From the IMG/VR virus record IMGVR_UViG_3300048091_000425: 64,000 nucleotides of DNA; one strand, written 5' to 3'. The stretch's first letter is position 1, and each line of letters opens with the position of its first letter. Origin of the DNA: a virus. This document shows positions 56,872-64,000 of this stretch, in pieces. The position numbers were made by a program, and so were the translations under genes. The notes beneath the pieces were generated by a model, which had not been told where the DNA came from, did not search any database, and saw nothing but the letters and a program-made list of their open reading frames with translations.

Positions 56872-57150
56872 TCAGTCGCCGCGTCTGAAGTCGAGGTGGC
56901 TCACGTCAACGAAGGTTGGATTGGCGATCACCTTGGCCGCGTCTTCGTCATCTTGCCAGCTACGCGGATCCAGACTGCCAATGTATACGTAATCGCGACC
57001 GTCTTCAGTCAATGTCAAGGTAATTACCTCATCCTTATCGAGATCGAGAGCGACGATTTCATTGCCGTAGAGCTTTAGGCCCTTGCCTAGGTTGTCCCTC
57101 AGCAGGCTTGAATAGGCACCGTACATTTCTTTGAACGAAATACTGACCAT
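56872..57150 (-). CDS. small hypothetical protein
   Basis: GAGG RBS; 92 aa. Confidence 0.65.
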   Translation of the reverse strand: MVSISFKEMYGAYSSLLRDNLGKGLKLYGNEIVALDLDKDEVITLTLTEDGRDYVYIGSLDPRSWQDDEDAAKVIANPTFVDVSHLDFRRGD

Positions 57151-57166
57151 GCTGGAAACCTCTTTC

Positions 57167-57520
57167 TTAGTTGATGAGCCACAAAATTTGGTCGTAGACG
57201 CGGCCCGACTTTGTCACTAGAGCCACAACCACCAGACCGATAACCGACAGGCTAAAGGACAGGACAGACAGGAGGGTCTTGAGACGCGGGGTGTTCTTGA
57301 AATTGATGTTCGACAGGTCGCACCAGATCTGCAACGTGAAGTAGGAGACCACGATCAGCGTGTTACCGAAGGCGCTGCTCACAGGGTCGTTCTCTAGATA
57401 GCCAGCCAGGAGCATGAACGCAGCCGCCCCGGCAATCAGCAGGGCTGTTTTACGCAAAGGCGCACAGGTCACCTTGCTGAACTCAAAGTATTCGCCGCTT
57501 TCAGTGGCCTTGTTAGTCAT
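57167..57520 (-). CDS. membrane protein
   Basis: Three hydrophobic segments. Confidence 0.7.
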   Translation of the reverse strand: MTNKATESGEYFEFSKVTCAPLRKTALLIAGAAAFMLLAGYLENDPVSSAFGNTLIVVSYFTLQIWCDLSNINFKNTPRLKTLLSVLSFSLSVIGLVVVALVTKSGRVYDQILWLIN

Positions 57521-57588
57521 GAGGTTCGCCCTTTTGCAGGTGACTTAATGTAGGAGAATTGTATAACGCTAGGGGTTTACACGCAAGT

Positions 57589-57612
57589 TTATTATGACTA
57601 TAGTGACAACAT
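57589..57612 (+). promoter_or_regulatory. 24-bp operator over -10 (copy 8)
   Basis: TTATT-AT-GACTATAGTG-AC-AACAT; promoter TTTACA-17-TATAGT. Confidence 0.7.
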
Positions 57613-57631
57613 TCCAACGAGGAACACGCTC

Positions 57632-58171
57632 ATGCCGACTGACAACAGAATCTTCACCTACACCGAGAAAGAACGTGCGCACTACAGCACCTTGAACTTT
57701 ATCGACAGTGGTCGAACCTACGTTTTGGCTGTCGGTGTGGACTCTCAAGAATCCATTTCGGCATTGGTTCCACAAATCCAGGCCGTCTATGACGACAGCA
57801 GCCGCGCTCCTGATGGTCAGTTCACCGTTCGCCAGATGGGTGAGTCGGCTGTCTGCGTTGTCTTCACCCGTAACTGTGCTGCCGATGCGGACGCTATCGG
57901 CATTTGCTCAAGTCAGTTGAAGCCGAGCAGCGCCGCCCGGCAACTGGCCCGCGAGTTCGCGCCGGTCGACGGGGATGCTCCTTTTATCGCCTCCCTTCAT
58001 GCTGCACTGGTCGCTTTTGCTGACAAACACATGAGCGAAAAAGAAATCAACAATCGCCTTGAGGAACTGGAAATGTCCCTCAACGGCGATGAAACCGACG
58101 ATGACACCCGTTCTGATGTTTTGGACGAGATCGCTGAGCTTGAATCGCGTCTCCCTGACTCTCAGGCCTAA
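57632..58171 (+). CDS. hypothetical protein
   Basis: GAGGA RBS; acidic helical C-terminus. Confidence 0.8.
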   Translation: MPTDNRIFTYTEKERAHYSTLNFIDSGRTYVLAVGVDSQESISALVPQIQAVYDDSSRAPDGQFTVRQMGESAVCVVFTRNCAADADAIGICSSQLKPSSAARQLAREFAPVDGDAPFIASLHAALVAFADKHMSEKEINNRLEELEMSLNGDETDDDTRSDVLDEIAELESRLPDSQA

Positions 58172-58182
58172 GGAGCAACACC

Positions 58183-58566
58183 ATGTGTAAAGAACTCAGC
58201 ACCGCCTGCAAAGCCTGCCCTTGGCGCGTTGACAGCCCACGCGGCTGGTTGGGCGCGAGCAGCCCTGTGGAATTCCTGCAGCAAAGCAAGGCTGAGTTGC
58301 GCATGCCCTGCCACTTGCACGTCGACTATGAGCAGGATGACTGGCAGGAACAGGCTGACCAGGCCCCGCAGTGCGCCGGTCGTGCAATCCACATGGCCAA
58401 CCGCTGCAAAGTTCCGATGAACCCTGAATTGATCAAGGCAAAGGCGGATCGCGCTGCCGTGTTCAGCAACCCTCAGGATTTCATCGACCATCACAGCATT
58501 GGTGCCGAAAAGCCGGTCATCATGATTGTCATGGGCCAGGTTTCTGTCATCGGGAGCAAGTCATGA
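58183..58566 (+). CDS. Cys/His-rich phage-like protein
   Basis: CKACPWR...CH...CAG. Confidence 0.75.
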   Translation: MCKELSTACKACPWRVDSPRGWLGASSPVEFLQQSKAELRMPCHLHVDYEQDDWQEQADQAPQCAGRAIHMANRCKVPMNPELIKAKADRAAVFSNPQDFIDHHSIGAEKPVIMIVMGQVSVIGSKS

Positions 58567-58940
58567 GCCAACAGAGCGAGCTGATGCGCACGGGCGTTCG
58601 CTACGTCATCACGTTTAACAACGCGGCGAGCCACCTACGGTATCGGGAGTCCGACAAGGAATCTGGCCCCTTCGACTACTACCGCATTGGCGGTCACCAG
58701 GGCGATTCTGTGACTTTCATCCTCAACCACCGCGTTATGGTCGTTGAGGCTGATATGCATGCCGACGTGCGGTTGAATGTCACCTTCGATGCCGCCCGCT
58801 CGGGTCTGTTCCGAGACTTCTGCAAAGCCCACCTGGCCGCCATCGAGCTGGAGGGCGGGAAGGCCTTCATGCGTTTCTACGACAATGAATGGTCGCCGAA
58901 GGCTTCTTTCGAAGTGCCCATGCAGCTCGTCCGCAAATAA
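58563..58940 (+). CDS. hypothetical protein
   Basis: ATGA overlap; 125 aa. Confidence 0.75.
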   Translation: MSQQSELMRTGVRYVITFNNAASHLRYRESDKESGPFDYYRIGGHQGDSVTFILNHRVMVVEADMHADVRLNVTFDAARSGLFRDFCKAHLAAIELEGGKAFMRFYDNEWSPKASFEVPMQLVRK

Positions 58941-58951
58941 TAAGGAAATCG

Positions 58952-59152
58952 ATGATGGCAACCACCGCAGCGGCCTACGCAACACAACAGGGCATTTCGA
59001 TCAGCACCGCTCGAAAGCGCCTGACTGAAATGGTTGAGGCTGGCCTGGCTACCGTTTCGTACAACGTCATCATCGGCCAGGGTTCCCGCAAGCGTGGGGC
59101 TCGAAGCCACATGGTCTCGATCCGAGGCAACCTGTACAACATCAGTCAATAG
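58952..59152 (+). CDS. small winged-HTH DNA-binding protein
   Basis: AAAYATQQGISISTARKRLTEMVEAGLATV is a typical wHTH pattern; AAGGA RBS. Confidence 0.65.
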   Translation: MMATTAAAYATQQGISISTARKRLTEMVEAGLATVSYNVIIGQGSRKRGARSHMVSIRGNLYNISQ

Positions 59153-59163
59153 GATCGACTTGT

Positions 59164-59412
59164 ATGGAACTTTGGTGGAAACAATACACCCGTTGGCGGG
59201 CCCGGAATTTCATTGGGCTCAACCGGGATTACGGCGATGGCTACCTGTACCGCATCGAGTACCACGATGGCCGGCACTGGCGGACGGATTGTCCACAAAG
59301 CCTGCGGTTTGGCAACAAAGAGGCCGCCGAGGCCTACATCCGCAAACGCGGTTTCGAGCCGGAACCGTACAACGAAAGCGAAAAAACCGTGAGGTGGTGG
59401 CGTGAGCGCTAA
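59164..59412 (+). CDS. small hypothetical protein
   Basis: 82 aa; overlaps the next start. Confidence 0.6.
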   Translation: MELWWKQYTRWRARNFIGLNRDYGDGYLYRIEYHDGRHWRTDCPQSLRFGNKEAAEAYIRKRGFEPEPYNESEKTVRWWRER

Positions 59413-59860
59413 TATTTCGACTGAATTGCCAGATCCTGCGAAGCTGATCATTACCCCGGCTATGTGCGAAGCCGGCGACCTGGCCGCAGGAAACCTTATC
59501 ACCGCAGGCGTGGCCGAAACCATGAATGGCCTTGGCGGAAGCATGAAGAAGGACGAAGCCCCGCCAGAAATCAGCCAGTACTTTGGCCGGACGGAGTCCA
59601 GCGTTGTGCTGATGTTCATGGCCATGGACGCTGTCGCACCGGAACCCTTTGCACAACCCGTGTCAGAAGGCATGGAAAAGGCCGGTTCAGACATGCTGGC
59701 CTTGATGTTCGACGTAACCATGTTGCGTCATATGCGAAAGAACGACCCTGAATTCGATCTGGCCGACTTGACGAAGGATGAACTGGCCCTGCTTGATGAC
59801 CCCAATCCTCCGGTTTACTTGATGTACCAGGCGATGATCCAACACGCCAAGGCAAACTAA
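59402..59860 (+). CDS. hypothetical protein
   Basis: GAGGTGG RBS with GTG; 152 aa. Confidence 0.7.
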   Translation: MSANISTELPDPAKLIITPAMCEAGDLAAGNLITAGVAETMNGLGGSMKKDEAPPEISQYFGRTESSVVLMFMAMDAVAPEPFAQPVSEGMEKAGSDMLALMFDVTMLRHMRKNDPEFDLADLTKDELALLDDPNPPVYLMYQAMIQHAKAN

Positions 59861-59868
59861 CTTTCGAG

Positions 59869-60198
59869 GTGGCCATGACAGCTCTCAGCAACCCCCAGCG
59901 CCGTAACCTGGCCATGGCGATCATCCGCTACCGCTCCCGCGTCGGCGGGCTCGGCATGCTGGTCAACAACAAATGGTGCGCGATCATTAAGCGCTCGCCC
60001 GAGCTGAAGGCTCTTATCAAGAAAAAGCTGGTGGTTCAGGTGCGCCGCGAGGCTCTGGGCCGCAAGCGTGAGACCTATCTGGTGCCAGCCGACGGCATCA
60101 CGTTGGAAACCGCGCCGGGTTGCCCGGAGTGCGGCAGGCCCCTCACCCACTTCCGTGCACTGATGAGCGACAGCGGCAGCGTCTGCTATCACCAATAA
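59869..60198 (+). CDS. basic hypothetical protein with C-terminal zinc ribbon
   Basis: CPECG...H...C.H. Confidence 0.7.
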   Translation: MAMTALSNPQRRNLAMAIIRYRSRVGGLGMLVNNKWCAIIKRSPELKALIKKKLVVQVRREALGRKRETYLVPADGITLETAPGCPECGRPLTHFRALMSDSGSVCYHQ

Positions 60199-60226
60199 TC
60201 CACCCATAACACCCAAGGGACTGAAA

Positions 60227-61018
60227 ATGCCTCAAAACAAGAATTTCGTTGAACGCAGCGTGGGTGCTGACCAAGAATTGCCGTTCGAGACGCTGAAGTT
60301 CAACGACATGCGCAATGCCGACGGCAGTCAAGGTGATTGGTTTACCCACATCCTGCTCAGTTACACACCTAAACTTGAATTAGACCAGTTGACCGACGAC
60401 CCAGGATTTAACCCTGAGAGGATGCAGGTCACTATTCACGTCAACGATGTTCGCATCACCCACGCGACATTCGAGGCGATGATTTCTGAATTCAGCGGCA
60501 GGATGCTGCTGCAGCGGGTTCAACGTGCCCGCCTGGACAGCTTTGAAGACGCGGTAAAAATCAAAGCCGAGCAATTGCTGCGTGACTCCATTGGAGCGCT
60601 GCAGGACAACGCGTACAAGCTGGTGGAGAACCTGGGGCACCTCGCCGATCAAAGCAGCACGATTATCGAAAACGTCTGGAATGCACCGTACATGCATCAC
60701 ATCGACGCCAAAATGAAGCGCGCAGGCCTGAACGCCATTGAACACTTCGGCCCGCTCGATCCCAATGACGTTCAACGGATACAGCTAGCCGAAAGGGTTT
60801 ATCGCGCCATGATGACCGCTCGGCCAAAGTACCCGGTCAACTCTATGAAGGTCACACTCCCCGCCGTTTTGCCCCTAGAGTCGGTAACTGGCAGCCCCCA
60901 GGCTGACCTGATCGCCCAAGGCCGTCAGCAGATGCTGGACGAGGTTATGGCCGCGCTGGACGCCCAGGGTATTTTGTTTCACCGCGAGCCGCGTCAGCCC
61001 GAGGAAAACCAGAGCTGA
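60227..61018 (+). CDS. hypothetical protein
   Basis: 263-aa ORF. Confidence 0.8.
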   Translation: MPQNKNFVERSVGADQELPFETLKFNDMRNADGSQGDWFTHILLSYTPKLELDQLTDDPGFNPERMQVTIHVNDVRITHATFEAMISEFSGRMLLQRVQRARLDSFEDAVKIKAEQLLRDSIGALQDNAYKLVENLGHLADQSSTIIENVWNAPYMHHIDAKMKRAGLNAIEHFGPLDPNDVQRIQLAERVYRAMMTARPKYPVNSMKVTLPAVLPLESVTGSPQADLIAQGRQQMLDEVMAALDAQGILFHREPRQPEENQS

Positions 61019-61060
61019 TAATTTGATGTCAATTCATCATAATTGTTTTGACCCTCCGGC

Positions 61061-61084
61061 ATGTTATGACTATACTCACAACAT
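61061..61084 (+). promoter_or_regulatory. 24-bp operator over -10 (copy 9)
   Basis: ATGTT-AT-GACTATACTC-AC-AACAT; promoter TTGACC-17-TATACT. Confidence 0.8.
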
Positions 61085-61129
61085 CAGCCGGGGTGGTCAG
61101 TTCCACCCCTTTAGCCAGAGGTGGTCATC

Positions 61130-61411
61130 ATGAGTCAATTGCATACCCAGTCCCCAAAACGCTTTGTTGCACTGGCCGATGCCATGGCGGTTAAGCATTA
61201 CGGGTTGGACGCAAACGAGTTCAACGTTGACGAAGAAACCGCCCTGCAGCACATTCAGGATGGCCTGAGTGTGATCGACGTTCTGAACGCTGCTGCAGAC
61301 GCTTTTGACCTCGACCGATTGGACATTGATAGCTTTGTCCCTTCTAAACGCCCGCTAACCGAAGAAGATCTGAATACGGCTGATGCAGAACTGGCAGCCG
61401 ATATCCAATAA
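61130..61411 (+). CDS. small acidic hypothetical protein
   Basis: GAGG RBS; 93 aa. Confidence 0.7.
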   Translation: MSQLHTQSPKRFVALADAMAVKHYGLDANEFNVDEETALQHIQDGLSVIDVLNAAADAFDLDRLDIDSFVPSKRPLTEEDLNTADAELAADIQ

Positions 61412-61451
61412 GCCGCATGGCTAACCCATAAACTCACTTTCAGGAACTGTC

Positions 61452-61829
61452 ATGCGCAAACGTACCCTTAAACAGACCAGCGCCTATCGCAACGGTGCCC
61501 TCACGATCCTGCGAAATGCCGGTGCACAGATCAACGAGAGCGGGCATAAGATGTACACCGTGGAAACCACGCTCGGGACGCTGGAAATCTCGGTTTGGAA
61601 CGCCTCCATCATGTGCATGTTTGACGATGTGGCCCGCGCCAAAGAGCATTTCGGCTCGTCTCCCCACGGTAAACTTAACCCGCACTCTGGCAAGTGGAAC
61701 TGGATGGGCGGCATGACGCACGAAGGCGACATGATCGACCTCGGCGACTTCTCCAATGCTTTAGAGCGAATTCTGCCTGAATCGCGCACGCCAAACCCTA
61801 CCCTGCCGCTTGCACCCTACGCAGCCTGA
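61452..61829 (+). CDS. phage-like hypothetical protein
   Basis: ETTLGTL.IS...LNPHSGKWN. Confidence 0.75.
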   Translation: MRKRTLKQTSAYRNGALTILRNAGAQINESGHKMYTVETTLGTLEISVWNASIMCMFDDVARAKEHFGSSPHGKLNPHSGKWNWMGGMTHEGDMIDLGDFSNALERILPESRTPNPTLPLAPYAA

Positions 61830-61840
61830 AGGAGATCGAC

Positions 61841-62311
61841 ATGAGCACCTACCGCCCAAAACGCGCCTCCGCTCGCTGGATGGAAGACGCACCCGCTTAT
61901 GTGCTGAGCATTCACGATTCCGGCGAAAAGGTTAATGACCGGTACACCGTCTGTTTCGGCTGGCCACTGTGGGAAGAGCGCATGGGCCGCACCGTGCCGT
62001 ACCTGGGCTTCAATGAAAACCCAACGTCCCCGAACATGGGTGTCAGCCAGTTCGGTGAGTGCGATGCCCACCGCCAAGGCCTGGGTAAGAAAATCCGCTG
62101 GAATGATCTTCCTGTGGAGCTGCGCAAACACGTGAAAACCCGAGTTGAAGGCAGTCCTGATGGGGTCATCGTGGCCAAGTTACAGCGAGACACCTCTCTG
62201 TGCTGGGTCTTGAAGTCAGAAAGCGGCCAAGTCACTTATGGAACCAGGTTCAAGACAAAAGCCGAGGCCAATCAGTACGCCCAAGAGCATTTGATCGTAG
62301 TCACCAGTTAA
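61841..62311 (+). CDS. phage-like hypothetical protein
   Basis: AAGGAG RBS; DRYTV...MGVSQF...LGKKIRWNDLP. Confidence 0.75.
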   Translation: MSTYRPKRASARWMEDAPAYVLSIHDSGEKVNDRYTVCFGWPLWEERMGRTVPYLGFNENPTSPNMGVSQFGECDAHRQGLGKKIRWNDLPVELRKHVKTRVEGSPDGVIVAKLQRDTSLCWVLKSESGQVTYGTRFKTKAEANQYAQEHLIVVTS

Positions 62312-62353
62312 GCAAAAAAATCTGTCAATTGATTGTATATGTTGCTTCAGTTG

Positions 62354-62377
62354 GTGTTTAGAGTATACTCGCAACAC
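62354..62377 (+). promoter_or_regulatory. 24-bp operator over -10 (copy 10, best match)
   Basis: GTGTT-TA-GAGTATACTC-GC-AACAC. Confidence 0.8.
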
Positions 62378-62404
62378 ACAACTGAAGTAGCAGGAATTGA
62401 CACC

Positions 62405-62635
62405 ATGCGTAGACGTGTAACCCTCGCCCAGGCTGGGTACGAGCTGGTCAAATCTCTTGGCGAAGGCCGTCATATTATCACCCAGGGTGGGAATTCCCAC
62501 GAAGAATGGGTTGAGAAACTGGACGGTGGTCGTACCATCGGCAACCTGTCCATGGACGGTAAGCCCCTGACCTTCATCCAGAGCTTTTGCAAGCCTGACT
62601 GCTGCTGCAACTTCTGCGTAGGACACATCGGATGA
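62405..62635 (+). CDS. small hypothetical protein, Cys-rich end
   Basis: AGGA RBS; CKPDCCCNFC. Confidence 0.6.
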   Translation: MRRRVTLAQAGYELVKSLGEGRHIITQGGNSHEEWVEKLDGGRTIGNLSMDGKPLTFIQSFCKPDCCCNFCVGHIG

Positions 62636-63039
62636 GCCATATGCCTTTGCCTTTTACGTTCAATCAAGACGCCGCCACCGAGCATCAGGGCCCGCTCAAT
62701 ACCAAGATTGAGTACACCTATCACTGCGCTCGCAACTTTGGGACGGAAGGCACCATCGTCGTCGCCGGACAAGCCTCTCCTGAGGCCCTGCAAGTCATCG
62801 CGACCAAGCTTTACGAACGGGAATGCTTTCTACCCAAGCAAGTCGGCATTGATAGCCTGACCCCGGACGAAGACAGCGACGAATACGTCGCCGAGCTGGA
62901 TCATCCGCTGCACAAATTTGAAGTGTTCAGCTTGACCGAGGAAGCACCCACCGTGCTCCTCACGTTTGAACAACTCTTTGAAACTTTCCAGGGCATCAAC
63001 AGCGATTTCGACTGGAATTTCCAGAAGTTCGGCCTTTAA
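62632..63039 (+). CDS. hypothetical protein
   Basis: ATGA overlap; 135 aa. Confidence 0.75.
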   Translation: MSHMPLPFTFNQDAATEHQGPLNTKIEYTYHCARNFGTEGTIVVAGQASPEALQVIATKLYERECFLPKQVGIDSLTPDEDSDEYVAELDHPLHKFEVFSLTEEAPTVLLTFEQLFETFQGINSDFDWNFQKFGL

Positions 63040-63066
63040 TTCACGCGATAAAATGGAGCTGTACCG

Positions 63067-63570
63067 ATGCGCCAATCTGATAACGAACTCAAACGCTTCA
63101 AGGTCGACGTGTTCCTCACTGTTCGCGTAGCGGTCAATGAGATCGTCGCGAAAGGCCCGGTGCAGGCCGCACAGATCGCCAATCAGCTGGACTTCAGCGC
63201 TGCCGTGGGCCGCGTAGGCTACTCCGCCTGGTTGAACGAGGGTGTCGGGCAACGGTTTGAAACCGGTGACGTGGATATTCAGGAGCTGGACGCCCTTTAT
63301 TACGGCATCTACCCGGTTGCTGACGAAGAAGACGGCACGGATGACCGCGTACTGGCCCTGCACGGTGATTTCAGCACGGTAAAGCCCGACGAAAACCCAG
63401 CTGACAGGCATTACGACCTGCTTAGCCAGTTGATTCAAGCCCTGGACAAAAGCGGCGAAGGCGACTTCCGCCTGGGTCGTGAACATCTTCCCCTGCTGAT
63501 CGAGGCCGCGAAGGCCACGAATCAACCGCGACCATTCGACCCCCAGTGGGACGCACACCTTCCCTTCTGA
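63067..63570 (+). CDS. acidic hypothetical protein
   Basis: GGAG RBS; ends WDAHLPF. Confidence 0.75.
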   Translation: MRQSDNELKRFKVDVFLTVRVAVNEIVAKGPVQAAQIANQLDFSAAVGRVGYSAWLNEGVGQRFETGDVDIQELDALYYGIYPVADEEDGTDDRVLALHGDFSTVKPDENPADRHYDLLSQLIQALDKSGEGDFRLGREHLPLLIEAAKATNQPRPFDPQWDAHLPF

Positions 63571-63672
63571 AACGAAGGTTGTAAATTGCCGCACTACCCG
63601 GTCGGCCACCCATTTTAAAGCCAGGCCCGTGACCAATTCGGGCCTGGTCTCCATTTTTAAGGACAAAACACC

Positions 63673-64000
63673 ATGAAAAACACCCCCACCGCACTGCAAG
63701 GCGCTCTGGCGTTCGACATTCTGACCCGCCTGGTCAAAGCCATGACCTGGGACAACAGCCAAGGCGACACGGAAATCCATCTGGAAAACGCGGCCATCAT
63801 CAATGAAGCCTTCGCCCTGTGTGGCGATCAGCCTATGTGTGTTGATCCAAAATACCTGGGCGACATGGAAACCATCTACGGCTTCCCACGGGATACAGGC
63901 TCGTTCGATCCTATGAACTCGAATGACCACTACGCCGAACGCGTAGAAGCTGGGCTACGCGAGCAGTTCCATGCCCTGCGCAAGCGTATCGCCGAGGATC
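63673..64000 (+). CDS. partial hypothetical protein (runs off window end)
   Basis: AAGGA RBS; MKNTPTALQGALAF... stays open to 64000. Confidence 0.65.
   Translation, partial: MKNTPTALQGALAFDILTRLVKAMTWDNSQGDTEIHLENAAIINEAFALCGDQPMCVDPKYLGDMETIYGFPRDTGSFDPMNSNDHYAERVEAGLREQFHALRKRIAED

Overview
This 64-kb window is best read as part of a large low-copy plasmid (megaplasmid), probably of a Pseudomonas-like host; the host is inferred from the tRNA-Gly sequence and an NrdA-like tail peptide. It contains the replicon: a Rep_3-family initiator (19804-20697, minus strand), a perfect DnaA box, and about 33 same-orientation iterons, 29 of them in a 1.5-kb array whose spacings are mostly whole helical turns. 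The left 38 kb holds larger backbone-like genes: DUF808, an orphan TpsB-like barrel, RNase II, a CNNM/CBS protein, an RlmN-like radical SAM enzyme, ProQ/FinO, a NADAR-like protein, and a MoxR AAA+ / vWA-metallopeptidase pair. Seven large uncharacterised proteins, from at least three otherwise dissimilar sequence groups, all end in F-[SG]-x-D-[LI]-G-[LI]-stop. The right 25 kb is a dense array of short phage-like genes, including a Lar-domain protein, a PAPS-reductase-family protein, ParB-like, RHH and wHTH proteins, plus three tRNAs for the AGA, AGG and GGA codons. Ten promoters in this part share one 24-bp palindrome centred on the -10 hexamer, which suggests a single repressor-controlled establishment regulon. 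The best candidates for undescribed biology are the shared C-terminal tag, the palindrome regulon, a free-standing 58-aa copy of the ribonucleotide reductase C-terminal CxxC tail, and a structured RNA with a tRNA-elbow-like motif inside the tRNA operon. All family assignments come from motif recognition by eye; no database search was run.
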